Part shown: one piece after another, positions 1-10,855 of the stretch
Layout of the letters: every line of letters starts with the position of its first letter
How positions within the stretch are numbered: position 1 is the first letter of the stretch
Assembly: GCA_963812015.1 (NCBI GenBank)
Contig: CAWETI010000002.1
Coordinates: 368,381-432,380, forward strand
Direction: 5' to 3'
Origin: an uncultured delta proteobacterium
GTDB taxonomy: Bacteria; Desulfobacterota; Desulfobaccia; Desulfobaccales; 0-14-0-80-60-11
Length of the DNA stretch: 64,000 nt
Notes under the pieces: model-generated
The model's input: the letters and a program-made list of their open reading frames with translations, nothing else
Told to the model about the DNA's origin: nothing
Databases searched by the model: none
Translations under genes and position numbers: made by a program

Positions 1-27
1 AGACATTGATATAATTACTAAAAAAAA

Positions 28-43
28 TGGCATAACATTTGCT
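28..43 (+). promoter_or_regulatory. sigma-54 (RpoN) -24/-12 type promoter upstream of amtB
   Basis: tggcataacatttgct = TGGCAT-N5-TTGCT, matching TGGCAC-N5-TTGCW with GG-N10-GC spacing. It lies about 55 nt upstream of the amtB start. Nitrogen-assimilation operons are classically RpoN/NtrC dependent. Confidence 0.6.
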
Positions 44-96
44 TAACATTCACCATGAGCGCTCTCACAAAAAAAAATTAAGAGGGGAATATCACG

Positions 97-1710
97 GTGA
101 ATCATAAACGAGCAATGATCTTTATGGTGGTATGTTTGGTTGTTATGCTGGTAGTGCCGCCGTTGCTGGTATGGGCGGCGGATGAGGTGGCTCCGGCGGC
201 GCCCGCGGCGGCTGCCGCACCCGCCGTTACCGACGCCCCCGACCCCGGCGGCACGGTCGCCGGCAATGTTAAGGACGTGACCGCCAAAGAGGCGGGCAAG
301 CCCACCCTGGTGGAACTTATGGACGCGGTGGGCCATAACAAAATCTCCATCAATATTACCTGGACCTTGATCACCGGCTACCTGGTCATGTTCATGCAGC
401 TCGGTTTTGCCCTGGTGGAGACCGGCTTTACCCGGGCCAAGAACGCGGTGCATACCATGGGCATGAACATCATGATTTACGGTATCGGCATGCTGGGCTT
501 CTGGCTCTGCGGTTTTGCCTTCATGTTCGGCGGGGTGGGCCAGGTGGCTTCCCTGGGCATGGGCGCCAATTTAGGCAATGAAGTGACTTTTAATTTGTTC
601 GGCAAAGCCTTCGGCATCCTGGGCTACAAGGGTTTCTTCCTTTCCGGGAGTGCCTATGATGTCTCGGTGATGACCCTGTTCCTCTTCCAGATGGTCTTCA
701 TGGACACTGCGGCCACCATCCCCACCGGCGCCATGGCCGAGCGCTGGAAATTCCTATCCTTCGCGGTTTACGGCTTATTTATCTCCATGATTATCTATCC
801 CGTTTATGGCAACTGGGTCTGGGGCGGCGGCTGGATCTCCCAGTTGGGCACCAACTTCGGCCTGGGCCATGGCGGCGTAGACTTTGCCGGCTCCGGGGTG
901 GTCCACATGGTGGGCGGCGTGTGCTCCGTAGCCGGGGTCATGGTCTTGGGGCCCAGGCTCGGTAAGTATAAAAAGGACGGCACTTCCCGGGCCATCCCGG
1001 GCCATCATATCCCCATGGGGGTGGCGGGCGCCCTGATCCTGGCCTTCGGTTGGTTCGGGTTTAACCCCGGCTCCACCCTGGCGGGCACCGACCTCAGGAT
1101 CGGGGTCATCGCCGCCAACACTATGCTAGCCTCCGCGTCCGGGGCAGTGGTAGCCATGACCGTCATGTGGCTGAAGTTCGGGAAGCCCGACCTCACCATG
1201 TCCGCTAACGGCCTGCTGGCTGGCTTGGTGGCCATCACCGCGCCCTGCGCCTTTGTGCATCCCGTGGCTGCGGTTGCCATCGGCGCCATTGCCGGTGTCT
1301 TGGTGGTTTACAGTGTCTTAACGGTGGACCAGGTCTTTAAGCTGGATGACCCGGTGGGCGCCATCTCGGTGCACGGCGTCTGCGGCGCCTGGGGGGTCCT
1401 CGCTTTGGGGCTGCTGGCCGACGGCACTTACGGTGATAAATGGAACAGCGTCGAAGGCACGGTGAAGGGCCTCTTCTATGGTGATGGCGGGCAATTTGTG
1501 GCCCAGGTGATCAGTGTCTGCACCAACATCATCTGGGTCTTCTGCGCCTCCTGGGTGATATTCAAGCTGATCGATCTGGTCATCGGCATGCGCGTTTCTC
1601 CGGAGACGGAACTGGGCGGTCTGGATGTCCCCGAAATGGGTTCCCATGCTTACCCCGACTTTGCCATGGCTAAGACCGGCAGGACAGAAACGTCCAATGG
1701 CGAGATGTAA
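97..1710 (+). CDS. amtB: ammonium transporter (Amt family) with N-terminal signal/Ala-Pro-rich extension
   Basis: 537-aa ORF, multi-TM. Typical Amt motifs (DFAGSGVVHMVGG, FGWFGFNPGS, VHGVCGAWG). GTG start preceded by AAGAGGGG. Followed by a P-II gene. Confidence 0.95.
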   Translation: MNHKRAMIFMVVCLVVMLVVPPLLVWAADEVAPAAPAAAAAPAVTDAPDPGGTVAGNVKDVTAKEAGKPTLVELMDAVGHNKISINITWTLITGYLVMFMQLGFALVETGFTRAKNAVHTMGMNIMIYGIGMLGFWLCGFAFMFGGVGQVASLGMGANLGNEVTFNLFGKAFGILGYKGFFLSGSAYDVSVMTLFLFQMVFMDTAATIPTGAMAERWKFLSFAVYGLFISMIIYPVYGNWVWGGGWISQLGTNFGLGHGGVDFAGSGVVHMVGGVCSVAGVMVLGPRLGKYKKDGTSRAIPGHHIPMGVAGALILAFGWFGFNPGSTLAGTDLRIGVIAANTMLASASGAVVAMTVMWLKFGKPDLTMSANGLLAGLVAITAPCAFVHPVAAVAIGAIAGVLVVYSVLTVDQVFKLDDPVGAISVHGVCGAWGVLALGLLADGTYGDKWNSVEGTVKGLFYGDGGQFVAQVISVCTNIIWVFCASWVIFKLIDLVIGMRVSPETELGGLDVPEMGSHAYPDFAMAKTGRTETSNGEM

Positions 1711-2127
<417 letters not shown>

Positions 2128-2228
2128 GAACGGCGGGGAGGGAGGGGGCGACCTCTCTCCCCGTCGCCACTGCGGATACGTTCGCGCCCCGCGAACACAC
2201 TATAACCGAATAACCGAACAAAGGAGAA

Positions 2229-3113
2229 ATGGGTATGGAGAGCATAGGGGTAAAAGGCAAGTGGTTCACCGTCGTGGGTTTGATTCTCAGCCTCATGATC
2301 TGGTGGGCGCCGGCCGCCTTGGCGGATGATGTTAAGCCGGAGGCCAAAGCGGAAGAGGCCAAGGGGCCGGAGCTGCCGACCTGGAATGTGGGGGCCGACC
2401 TTCTCAGCCAATACGTCTGGCGCGGCCAAGCCTTGAGCAAGAACAGCGTGGTGCTGCAGCCGTCTATTACCGGGACTTACAAGGGGTTTTCGTTCAACTC
2501 CTGGAGCAACGTCGACACCAATGAACAAAATCCTTATGGCCATAATACCCATCGTGGATTTGTCGGCAATGAGATGGACCTGACCGCGTCCTACACCCGG
2601 GAAGTTTACACGAACTTTACTCTGACGGGCGGCTTAATCTATTACCTCCTGGATGGGAATAATAACCAATTCAATTCCGTAGAAATCTACGGCGGGGCCG
2701 ACTACAAATTGCCCTGGTTCAATTTTGGCGTTAATGTCTACCGGGAGGTGAATCACCTGCCTGGCACCTTTCTCCAGTGGTATATCCATCGTGCCATTGA
2801 TATCCCCTACCTGGTTGAGGGGATGAACCTGGATTTGCTGGCCAGTTGGAGCGCTGAATTTTCCAATGACAAGGCCGCCTATCCCGTGTTTAGCTCGTCC
2901 GGTCAACTAGAAAATAAATTTTACGATTCCCTCAATGCCGGTTTCATCGGCGCGTCCCTTAACATCCCGGTGGGCAAATATATAGTCGTTGCCCCCAAGG
3001 TCCAATACTGGTATGGCCTGGGGGGTCAGTCCACCGGCACCCTCAATGCCCTGTCGTGGGATGGGCAACATAACCATATCCTGGGCGGCGTCAATCTCAC
3101 CGTCAATTTTTAA
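2229..3113 (+). CDS. TorF/Gcw_chp-family putative outer-membrane porin
   Basis: Signal peptide (ALADD cleavage-like). Beta-barrel-like alternating pattern, C-terminal ...LTVNF. The motif QYVWRGQALS...LQPSIT is typical of this family. The alternative ATG at 2235 has better RBS spacing. Confidence 0.7.
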   Translation: MGMESIGVKGKWFTVVGLILSLMIWWAPAALADDVKPEAKAEEAKGPELPTWNVGADLLSQYVWRGQALSKNSVVLQPSITGTYKGFSFNSWSNVDTNEQNPYGHNTHRGFVGNEMDLTASYTREVYTNFTLTGGLIYYLLDGNNNQFNSVEIYGGADYKLPWFNFGVNVYREVNHLPGTFLQWYIHRAIDIPYLVEGMNLDLLASWSAEFSNDKAAYPVFSSSGQLENKFYDSLNAGFIGASLNIPVGKYIVVAPKVQYWYGLGGQSTGTLNALSWDGQHNHILGGVNLTVNF

Positions 3114-3140
3114 GTGCGTCAGCCCGGGGAAAGGGTAAAA

Positions 3141-3250
3141 CCAAGTTGCCGTCAAACGACTAATAATCTGCATTGTAGGGGCGGTTCGCGAACTGCCCCT
3201 ACAGGGGTTGCTATCATAAAGCCAGAATTACCTTTATGACGGCAACTTGG
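3141..3250. repeat. 110-bp palindromic (MITE/REP-like) element with perfect 14-bp terminal inverted repeats and a GGGGCGGTTCGCGAAC-type core
   Basis: CCAAGTTGCCGTCA (3141-3154) is the exact reverse complement of TGACGGCAACTTGG (3237-3250). The central palindrome tgtaggggcggttcgcgaactgcccctaca (3174-3203) recurs at 28754-28782. Confidence 0.8.
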
Positions 3251-3377
3251 CATCAGCCCCATTCCTGGCCTGATTCCTATCAGCCCTTGACCCAGCCGCG
3301 ATTTCAGGTTATTGACCGAAATACCGATGGGTGCCAATAAGCCGGAGGCATCCAGGGGTGCCGGGGTTGGATGTTCC

Positions 3378-3406
3378 TTGACGCCGTTCCTTTGGGAGCC
3401 TATAGT
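3378..3406 (+). promoter_or_regulatory. candidate sigma-70 promoter for the hydrogenase operon
   Basis: TTGACG - 17 nt - TATAGT, about 215 nt upstream of the first hydrogenase gene. Confidence 0.4.
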
Positions 3407-3488
3407 GTATCAAGGCACAGATTTCCCATGTGGGGATTGCGGCGGTTTTTCAGGCGGTTGAAAAGCTGCCAAACTCTTCCCCCGGCCG

Positions 3489-3554
3489 GTCTGAGCCCGG
3501 CGAAGCATCTAGTCATTATCATACGTTCTTGATCCCGCGCTTCATTCGGGATGA
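3489..3554. repeat. degenerate copy of the GTCAT..CTGAGC..GAAGCATCT / GATCC..GGATGAC inverted-repeat element
   Basis: ctgagcccggcgaagcatct ... gatcccgcgcttcattcgggatgac resembles the arms of the copies at 36313-36382 and 38431-38500. Confidence 0.5.
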
Positions 3555-3623
3555 CCACCAACCCGCTTGTCAATAGCCTGTCAGGGGCATGGTTCGCCTC
3601 GGGATAGGGAGACCCAAAAATCT

Positions 3624-4775
3624 ATGGCAACATCATCTTTAGAGGTCGGCGCACAGGTTCGGTTGGCAGCCGGAGATTTTCAGCATCTGCTGGACGTCCT
3701 GGCGGACCGGGGTTATCAGGTGATGGGCCCAACCCTGGAAGACGGCCATTTGATTTATGGGGAGATCGGCAAAGTTACGGATTTGCCCATCGGCTGGACC
3801 GCTTTCCAGGAGGGGGGGGCCTTTCGCCTGGGAAAACGGCCGGATCAGGCCTGGTTCGGCTTCGCCCCGGGACAGCAATCGTGGAAACAGTTCCTCTTTC
3901 CGCCGCACCATACCCTCTGGCAGGCCCAAGAGGAGGGCAGCGGTTGGCGCATCATCCCCCGGGCCGAGGCGGTCCCCAAATTCGCCTTTCTGGGGGTCCG
4001 ATCCTGCGAACTCCATGCCATGGCCGTCCAGGACCGGGTGTTTCTCCAGGGCCCCCATGTCGATCCCACCTATCGGGCCCGTCGGGAGCAGGCCTTCATC
4101 GTGGCCCTGAACTGCGCCCACCAGGACCCAGGGACGTGTTTCTGCGTCTCCATGGGAACCGGGCCCCGGGCCACTACGGGGTTCGACCTGGCCCTGACCG
4201 AGGTACTCCAGGAAGACGAGCATTACTTCCTCATGGAGGTCGGCAGCCTGCGGGGGGCCGAGATCATCCAGGCGCTGCCCGGGAGAACCGCGACGCCGGA
4301 GGAGATTGACGCGGCGAGCCGGGTGGTGGCGGCCATCGCCGCCAATATGGGCCGGGTGCTGGATACCACCGGGATTAAAGAATTATTCTACGCCAATTAT
4401 GAGCATCCCCGCTGGGATGAGGTGGCGGTCCGCTGCCTCAATTGCGGCAACTGCGCCATGGTCTGCCCCACCTGTTTCTGCCATACTCTGGAGGATTCCC
4501 TGGATTTGTCGGGGACGGTGGGGGAACGCCGGCGGCGTCTCGATCCCTGCTTCACCGTGGATTTCTCCTATCTGCATGGCGGCAGCATCCGCACCTCGCC
4601 GCGCTCCCGTTACCGCCAATGGTTGACCCACAAGCTGGCCACCTGGATCGACCAGTTTGGTACCTCGGGGTGCGTGGGCTGCGGGCGCTGCATCACCTGG
4701 TGCCCCGTGGGCATCGATATCACCGCAGAAGCTCAGGCCATCCGGGAGACGGCCCCAGGAGCCCTAAAGGAGTAG
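3624..4775 (+). CDS. group 3b [NiFe] hydrogenase beta-like subunit (4Fe-4S dicluster protein, HydB/AsrA-like)
   Basis: C-terminal [16 protein letters not shown] and [16 protein letters not shown] ferredoxin motifs. First gene of the hydrogenase cluster. ATG at 3624 chosen over the upstream TTG at 3567. Confidence 0.8.
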   Translation: MATSSLEVGAQVRLAAGDFQHLLDVLADRGYQVMGPTLEDGHLIYGEIGKVTDLPIGWTAFQEGGAFRLGKRPDQAWFGFAPGQQSWKQFLFPPHHTLWQAQEEGSGWRIIPRAEAVPKFAFLGVRSCELHAMAVQDRVFLQGPHVDPTYRARREQAFIVALNCAHQDPGTCFCVSMGTGPRATTGFDLALTEVLQEDEHYFLMEVGSLRGAEIIQALPGRTATPEEIDAASRVVAAIAANMGRVLDTTGIKELFYANYEHPRWDEVAVRCLNCGNCAMVCPTCFCHTLEDSLDLSGTVGERRRRLDPCFTVDFSYLHGGSIRTSPRSRYRQWLTHKLATWIDQFGTSGCVGCGRCITWCPVGIDITAEAQAIRETAPGALKE

Positions 4776-4779
4776 CACC

Positions 4780-5235
4780 ATGGAAACGATGGAACCCATT
4801 CTGGCGGCGCACCCCTTTTTTAAGGGCCTGGATTCCCGCTATCTCAAGCTCATCCTGGCATGCGCCTCCCGGGAGACCTTCACCCTGGGCCGATTTCTGT
4901 GCCGGGATAATGAAGAGGCCCGAAAGTTTTATGTGATCCATCACGGCCGGGTGGCGGTGGAAATCTACCGGGCCCGCCGGGGACCGGTCACCATCCAAAC
5001 CCTCGGAGAGGGCGAAGTGTTAGGATGGCTGTGGTTTGATAAGCCTTATCATTGGCACCTGGATGCCCGGGCCCTGGACCTGACCCGGGTCATCAGCCTG
5101 GATGTTACCTGCCTCCTCGACCGATGCAACCAGGACCATGATTTCGGTTATGAGCTCATGCGGCGCTACGCCCATCACCTGGCGGTGCAGTTCCGGGTGA
5201 CCAATCTCCAGCATGCCGATTTTTATGGCGATTGA
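4780..5235 (+). CDS. cyclic nucleotide-binding (Crp-effector-like) domain protein, stand-alone
   Basis: 151 aa. HPFFKGLD...F.LGRFL.R..E.A..FYVI..G.V.VEI.....G...I.TLGEGEVLGW is the cNMP-binding beta-roll pattern. No HTH domain follows. Confidence 0.75.
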   Translation: METMEPILAAHPFFKGLDSRYLKLILACASRETFTLGRFLCRDNEEARKFYVIHHGRVAVEIYRARRGPVTIQTLGEGEVLGWLWFDKPYHWHLDARALDLTRVISLDVTCLLDRCNQDHDFGYELMRRYAHHLAVQFRVTNLQHADFYGD

Positions 5236-5357
5236 CGGCACTGCCATGATATCGAGGAGCTCATTGTTCTCTCATAACCGACCATAAACGGATGACCTGG
5301 GGCTAGAGGTAATTCCCCCTGCCCCCTTATCATCAGGATTTACTACCGGGAAGCCCT

Positions 5358-6197
5358 ATGACAGCAAACCTGCCGGATCCAATGATACCGACCCCGTTCG
5401 TGGTCCAAAAAGTGAAGCGGGAGACCTCCGACACTTATACCCTGGAGCTGACTCGCCCCGACGCGGCGGCCGACTTTACCTTCGCCCCGGGGCAGTTCAA
5501 TATGCTCTATGCCTTCGGCGCCGGCGAAGTGCCCATCTCCATCAGCGGCGACCCGGCCCATCCCGAAACCCTGGTGCATACCGTGCGGGACGTGGGGAAT
5601 GTCACCCGGGCCATCTGCCGCCTGAAGCGGGGGGAAGTGTTGGGAGTGCGGGGTCCCTTCGGGGTCCCCTGGCCGGTGGACCGGATCGCGGGCGAGGACG
5701 TTCTGGTTATTGCCGGCGGCCTCGGGTTGGCGCCCTTGCGGCCGGCCTTATATTACCTGCTCCAGCATCGGGGCGAATTCGGCAACGTCGAGGTGATTTA
5801 CGGCGCCCGGACCCCCAAGGACCTGCTCTATCCCCGGGAACTGGAGCGCTGGCGGGGCCGCTTCGACCTCCGGGTGCACGTCACGGTGGACGCAGGCGAA
5901 GCCGATTGGCGCAGTAATGTGGGCGTGGTGACCAAAATCATCGACCGGGCCCGGTTTGATCCCCCCAGTAGCGCGGCCCTGGTCTGCGGCCCCGGGGTGA
6001 TGATGCGCTTCACCGTTCTGGAACTCCTGAACCACGGGCTTGAGCCCGAGCAAATCTACGTGTCCATGGAGCGCAACATGAAATGCGGCATCGGCTTGTG
6101 CGGCCACTGCCAGTGGGGGCCGGTCTTCGTCTGCAAAGACGGCCCGGTGTTCCGCTATGACCGCATCAAAGACTGGTTCGACCGGCGGGAGGTGTAA
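5358..6197 (+). CDS. group 3b hydrogenase gamma-like subunit (FAD/NAD(P)-binding, 2Fe-2S; HydG/AsrB/PyrK-like)
   Basis: Ferredoxin-reductase-type fold pattern ([15 protein letters not shown]). C-terminal [10 protein letters not shown]...FVCKDGPVF 2Fe-2S motif. Confidence 0.85.
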   Translation: MTANLPDPMIPTPFVVQKVKRETSDTYTLELTRPDAAADFTFAPGQFNMLYAFGAGEVPISISGDPAHPETLVHTVRDVGNVTRAICRLKRGEVLGVRGPFGVPWPVDRIAGEDVLVIAGGLGLAPLRPALYYLLQHRGEFGNVEVIYGARTPKDLLYPRELERWRGRFDLRVHVTVDAGEADWRSNVGVVTKIIDRARFDPPSSAALVCGPGVMMRFTVLELLNHGLEPEQIYVSMERNMKCGIGLCGHCQWGPVFVCKDGPVFRYDRIKDWFDRREV

Positions 6198-6198
6198 C

Positions 6199-6978
6199 AT
6201 GGCCCCGAAGCGCAAGCCGAAGCTGTCCGTGTGGAAATTCGCCTCGTGCGACGGCTGTCAGCTCTCCCTCCTGGATTGTGAAGACGAACTGCTCACCATC
6301 GCCGGGGCGGTGGAGATCGCCTATTTTGTGGAGGCCTCCCGGGCCATGGTGAAAGGCCCTTATGATTTGACCCTGGTGGACGGCTCCATCACCACGGCCC
6401 ATGACGCCGAGACGATCAAGCAGGTGCGCCGGGCCTCCAAGTATCTGGTGGCCCTGGGCACCTGCGCCAACTCCGGGGGCATCCAGGCCCTGCGCAATTT
6501 CAAGGACGTCAATGACTTCATCGGCGCGGTATACTCCCATCCGGAGTATATCCAGACCTTGAAGGAATCCACCCCCATCTCGGCCCACGTCAAGGTGGAT
6601 TATGGTCTGAACGGCTGCCCCATCAACAAGCACCAGCTCCTGTCGGTAATCAGCGCCTTCCTCCAGGGGCGACCCCCCATGGTCAGATCGCATAGTGTCT
6701 GCATTGACTGCAAAGTGCGGGGGAATGTTTGCGTGATGGTCACGGGCACTCCCTGCCTGGGACCGGTGACCCATGCCGGGTGCGGGGCGCTTTGCCCCAC
6801 CTATCAGCGCGGCTGTTATGGCTGTTACGGCCCTAAAGAAACTCCCAACACCGCAGCCTTGAGCGCCTGGTTCAGCCAAAAAATGGGGATGAGCGAGGCC
6901 AATTTGGTGCGGGCCTTCCGGACCTTTTACGCCAACGCCCCCGCCTTTCGCCAGGAGAGCGAAGCCCATGACCACTAA
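6199..6978 (+). CDS. [NiFe] hydrogenase small (delta) subunit, NAD(P)-linked type
   Basis: [16 protein letters not shown] ... [10 protein letters not shown] ... multiple Cys clusters typical of group 3 small subunits. The ATG follows the stop of the preceding gene by 1 nt. Confidence 0.85.
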   Translation: MAPKRKPKLSVWKFASCDGCQLSLLDCEDELLTIAGAVEIAYFVEASRAMVKGPYDLTLVDGSITTAHDAETIKQVRRASKYLVALGTCANSGGIQALRNFKDVNDFIGAVYSHPEYIQTLKESTPISAHVKVDYGLNGCPINKHQLLSVISAFLQGRPPMVRSHSVCIDCKVRGNVCVMVTGTPCLGPVTHAGCGALCPTYQRGCYGCYGPKETPNTAALSAWFSQKMGMSEANLVRAFRTFYANAPAFRQESEAHDH

Positions 6979-8257
6979 AACCATCAACGTCAAATACCTG
7001 GCCCGGGTGGAAGGCGAAGGTGGCCTGAACATCCGGATCAAAGATGACGTCGTCACCGGGGTGCAGTTGAAGATCTTTGAGCCACCCCGCTTCTTCGAGG
7101 CTTTCCTGAAGGGGCGCAACTTCACCGAAGCGCCGGACCTTACCTGCCGCATCTGCGGCATCTGCCCCGTGGCCTATCAGATGAGCGCGGTGCACGCCAT
7201 GGAGAACGCTCTGGGGGTGACGGTGGCCGGCCCCATCCGGGCCCTGCGCCGGCTGCTCTACTGCGGCGAGTGGATCGAATCCCACGGCCTCCACGTCTTC
7301 ATGCTCCACGCCCCGGACTTTTTGGGCTACCAGGACGCCATCCAGATGGCCCAGGACCACCCGGACACGGTGAAAATGGGCTTGCGGCTGAAAAAAGTGG
7401 GCAATGACATCGTCTCCACCCTGGGCGGCCGGGAGATCCACCCCATCAACGTCCGGGTGGGGGGCTTCTATAAGGCCCCGGCCAAGCGGGACCTGGCCCC
7501 CCTGGCCGAAAGCCTCAAGTGGGCGAAGGACGCGGCCGTCAACGCGGTGCGTTGGGTGGGCGGCTTCACCTTTCCGGAGTTCGAGCGGGACTATGAGTTC
7601 GTGGCCCTCCGCCACGGGCAGGAATACCCCTTCAACGAAGGGCGGGTGGTGTCCAACAAGGGGCTGGACATTTCCGTACAGGACTACGAGCAGCACTTCG
7701 TGGAAGAGCAGGTGCGGCACTCCCACGCCCTCCACTCCTCTTTGAAGGAACGGGGCCGCTATTTTACCGGTCCCCTGGCCCGCTACAACCTGAACTTTGA
7801 TCTGCTTACCCCCCTGGCCCAGGCCGCAGCCCGGGAAGCCGGCTTGGGGCCCGTCTGCCGCAACCCCTTTCAGAGCATTATCGTCCGGGCCGTGGAATTG
7901 CTTTTTGCCGTGGAGGAGGCCCTGGCCATCATCGAGGCCTACGAGAAACCGGATCAGCCGGCGGCGCCGGTGGCGCCCCGGGCGGTGACGGCCTGCGCCG
8001 CCACCGAAGCCCCCCGGGGGTTGCTCTACCACCGCTACCGGATCGATGCCAACGGCGTCATCCTCGAGGCCAAGATCGTGCCCCCCACCTCCCAGAACCA
8101 GGGGACCATTGAGGACGATCTCCGTCAATTTGTGGGCCAGCGCCTGGATTTGCCTGACGAAAAACTCATCTGGCAGTGCGAACAGATGGTACGAAATTAT
8201 GACCCATGCATCTCCTGCGCCACGCATTTCTTGAAGGTCAACCTGGAGCGTCGGTAA
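6968..8257 (+). CDS. [NiFe] hydrogenase large (alpha) subunit
   Basis: N-terminal [10 protein letters not shown] (RxCGxC) and C-terminal DPCISCATH nickel-ligand motifs. Overlaps the small-subunit stop by 11 nt. Confidence 0.95.
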   Translation: MTTKTINVKYLARVEGEGGLNIRIKDDVVTGVQLKIFEPPRFFEAFLKGRNFTEAPDLTCRICGICPVAYQMSAVHAMENALGVTVAGPIRALRRLLYCGEWIESHGLHVFMLHAPDFLGYQDAIQMAQDHPDTVKMGLRLKKVGNDIVSTLGGREIHPINVRVGGFYKAPAKRDLAPLAESLKWAKDAAVNAVRWVGGFTFPEFERDYEFVALRHGQEYPFNEGRVVSNKGLDISVQDYEQHFVEEQVRHSHALHSSLKERGRYFTGPLARYNLNFDLLTPLAQAAAREAGLGPVCRNPFQSIIVRAVELLFAVEEALAIIEAYEKPDQPAAPVAPRAVTACAATEAPRGLLYHRYRIDANGVILEAKIVPPTSQNQGTIEDDLRQFVGQRLDLPDEKLIWQCEQMVRNYDPCISCATHFLKVNLERR

Positions 8258-8424
8258 CCGGCAACGGAAAAAATGCCGTGAGGCGGCCTGAGTGCTGGGA
8301 CGATTCGTAACACGCTCACCACGAACAACGAAAATGTAGCACCGCCGCCCTCGGCGAGGCTCGGGAAAGGCCGGGTGTGTTTGGAAATCACCGGCGCACC
8401 TTAGCCTTAGCTGATGCTGTTTCC

Positions 8425-8949
8425 ATGGATACTCTCCTCAGAACCCAGATAAAGGTCATCGGCGTGGGCAATGAGTGGCGGGGTGACGATGCCGCTGGCA
8501 TCCTGGTGGCCCGCCGCCTCAAGGAAGACCGGCTGCCCCGGGTGCGGTTTTCCGAATGCCTGGGCACGGTGAGCGATATCCAAGACGCCTGGAAAGACGC
8601 CGCCGGGGCGATTGTGGTGGACGCCGTCTACTCCGGCGGTCCCCCGGGGACCATTTATCGGTTTGACGCCCATGGCGCCGGGATGCCGGTGGAGTTATCC
8701 CGGTCCCCATCTTCCCACGGCTGGGGGGTGGCCGAGGCCCTGGCCCTGGGCAAAGTCTTCCAGGAACTCCCCCCGTTTCTCATCATTTACGGCATTGCCG
8801 GAAAAGATTTCTCGCCGGGCCGGGGTTTGTCCCCGGAAGTGGCCGCGGCCGTTCCGGAAACGGTCCGGCGGCTCAAGCAGGAAATTTTAGCCTGGCTTGG
8901 GGGGGCGCCCCCCATGGGGCATCCCCTGAAAAACGGAGGACAGTCTTGA
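8425..8949 (+). CDS. hydrogenase maturation endopeptidase (HoxW/HycI-like)
   Basis: IKVIGVGNEWRGDDAAGILVARRL is the typical N-terminal motif of hydrogenase C-terminal processing proteases. Located after the large subunit. Confidence 0.85.
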   Translation: MDTLLRTQIKVIGVGNEWRGDDAAGILVARRLKEDRLPRVRFSECLGTVSDIQDAWKDAAGAIVVDAVYSGGPPGTIYRFDAHGAGMPVELSRSPSSHGWGVAEALALGKVFQELPPFLIIYGIAGKDFSPGRGLSPEVAAAVPETVRRLKQEILAWLGGAPPMGHPLKNGGQS

Positions 8950-10574
8950 TGAACCTGACCGAGAGTCTGGCCGCAATCTTTCCGGCCGAGTCGGATATCC
9001 CCGAGTTTTACCGCCTGGACCGCCCGGTTGACCAGCGCCAGTATCTGGTGAACGGGGAGTTGCGCCAGTGGTCCGGCCCCGTCCAGGAAGTCAAATCGCC
9101 GGTCTATGTGCAAACCGCCGGGGGGCTGGCCCCCAAGCGGGTGGGGTGCTATCCGCTCCTGGGTGAGGTGGAGGCCTTGGAAGCCCTGGCCGCGGCCGGC
9201 CGGGCCTATGATCACGGGCGCGGCTTGTGGCCGTCCCTGTCGGTGCGGGACCGCATCAGCCACCTGGAAGATTTCATCTTCCGCATCATCGCCACCCGGG
9301 AGGAAGTCGTCAAGATCCTGATGTGGGAGATCGGCAAGCCTTACGAGGAGTCGGCCAAAGAGTTCGACCGCACCGTGGCCTACATCAAGGCCACCCTCGA
9401 CGCCCTGAAGGACCTGGACCGCACCTCTTCCCGCTTCGTCATGGAGCAGGGCATCTTCGGCCAGATCCGGCGGGCGCCCCTGGGAGTGGTCCTGTGCATG
9501 GGGCCCTTCAATTACCCTCTCAACGAAACCTATACCTCGGTCATTCCCGCCCTGATCATGGGCAATACCGTCATCTTTAAGCCCCCGAAGCTGGGGGTGC
9601 TGCTCCATTATCCGTTTCTGGCGGCCTTTAAGGAGGCCTTCCCCCCCGGGGTGATCAATACGGTGTACGGCCGGGGTGCCCAGGTGGCGGGGCCCCTCAT
9701 GGCGTCGGGTAAGATCGACGTCCTGGCCTTTATCGGCACCAGCAAGGTAGCGGATATTTTGAAAAAACAGCATCCCAAGCCGCATCGCCTCCGGGCCGCC
9801 CTGGGGCTGGAAGCCAAGAACCCGGCCATTATTATGCCGGACGCCGACCTTGACCTCACCGTGGCCGAGTGCCTCTTGGGGGCGTTGTCGTTCAATGGCC
9901 AGCGCTGCACCGCCTTGAAGCTGCTGTTTGTGCATCGGCAGATCCTGCCCCAATTCCTGGAAAGATTCACCCGGGCCCTGGGTGAGCTGAAATTCGGCAT
10001 GCCCTGGGAGCCGGGGGCGACGGTGACGCCGCTCCCCGAGTCCAGCCGCCCGGCCTATTTGACCGAACTGGTGGAGGACGCCAGGGCCAAAGGAGCCCAA
10101 GTGGTGAACGAATCGGGCGGCGCGGTAAACCACAGCTTTTTTTATCCGGCCATCCTCTCTCCCGTGGATGAGCGCATGAAGATTTATCATGAGGAACAGT
10201 TCGGCCCGGTGATCCCGGTGGCCCCGTTTGATGACCTGGAAGCGGTGGTCAACAGCATCATAGCTTCGGAATATGGCCAGCAGGTAAGCATTTTCTCCCA
10301 AAACCCCGACACCATCGCCCGCCTGGTGGACCAACTGGTGACCCAGGTGGGGCGGGTGAACCTCAACAGCCAGTGCCAGCGGGGGCCAGACACCTTCCCC
10401 TTTACGGGGCGCAAGGATTCCGCCGAAGGGACCCTGTCGGTCCATGACGCCCTGCGGGTGTTTTCCCTGAGGACCCTGGTGGCTGCCAAAGAAACCGCAA
10501 CGAACAAAAACCTCGTCACCGATATCGTCCGGGAGCATAAATCGAGTTTTCTCTCCACGGATTTTATCCTGTAA
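8949..10574 (+). CDS. aldehyde dehydrogenase family protein, GapN-like (non-phosphorylating NADP-dependent glyceraldehyde-3-phosphate dehydrogenase type)
   Basis: ALDH superfamily pattern: GPFNYPLNE, catalytic region LGLEAKNPAII and FNGQRCTALK. The ATG overlaps the protease TGA (TTGATGA). Confidence 0.75.
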   Translation: MNLTESLAAIFPAESDIPEFYRLDRPVDQRQYLVNGELRQWSGPVQEVKSPVYVQTAGGLAPKRVGCYPLLGEVEALEALAAAGRAYDHGRGLWPSLSVRDRISHLEDFIFRIIATREEVVKILMWEIGKPYEESAKEFDRTVAYIKATLDALKDLDRTSSRFVMEQGIFGQIRRAPLGVVLCMGPFNYPLNETYTSVIPALIMGNTVIFKPPKLGVLLHYPFLAAFKEAFPPGVINTVYGRGAQVAGPLMASGKIDVLAFIGTSKVADILKKQHPKPHRLRAALGLEAKNPAIIMPDADLDLTVAECLLGALSFNGQRCTALKLLFVHRQILPQFLERFTRALGELKFGMPWEPGATVTPLPESSRPAYLTELVEDARAKGAQVVNESGGAVNHSFFYPAILSPVDERMKIYHEEQFGPVIPVAPFDDLEAVVNSIIASEYGQQVSIFSQNPDTIARLVDQLVTQVGRVNLNSQCQRGPDTFPFTGRKDSAEGTLSVHDALRVFSLRTLVAAKETATNKNLVTDIVREHKSSFLSTDFIL

Positions 10575-10855
10575 GTGGCCGGGGCATCCCCTTGGGCCAT
10601 CCCCCCAATCCCTCTTTACCCCAGGGGGACGGGTCTGCTTTCCCTGCAACAGATGCGTGAGGCAAATCAAACCGGCCAGGCCTTTATAACTTCCCAGTAA
10701 GAATTATTGGTAAATAGTTATTCTTAACCTCTTGAAAAATCTTCATCTGTTCTAAACTTATAAAGAATTGGCGGCAAACCCGGCGCCGGGCCTGGATTGA
10801 CCTGATGGTCGTCAGCCCCACGCCAGGGACAAGCGCTGTCGGAGGGCGACAGATA

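Noticed and set aside
3152-3337. 61-aa minus-strand ORF containing ...VGAVREPPLQ....
   Set aside because: It is encoded by the palindromic repeat element itself, which is the usual artefact of this repeat family in ORF calls.
6166-8227. Long antisense ORFs (6166-7161, 6872-8227), plus similar ones elsewhere (8787-10670, 17098-18162, 23939-24955, 26714-27979, 30743-31894, 48419-49747, 51022-52005, 61482-62309, 62246-63031).
   Set aside because: They lie opposite genes with unambiguous family motifs and have the Arg/Gly/Pro/His-rich, low-complexity composition typical of shadow ORFs in high-GC DNA. None shows a recognisable motif.
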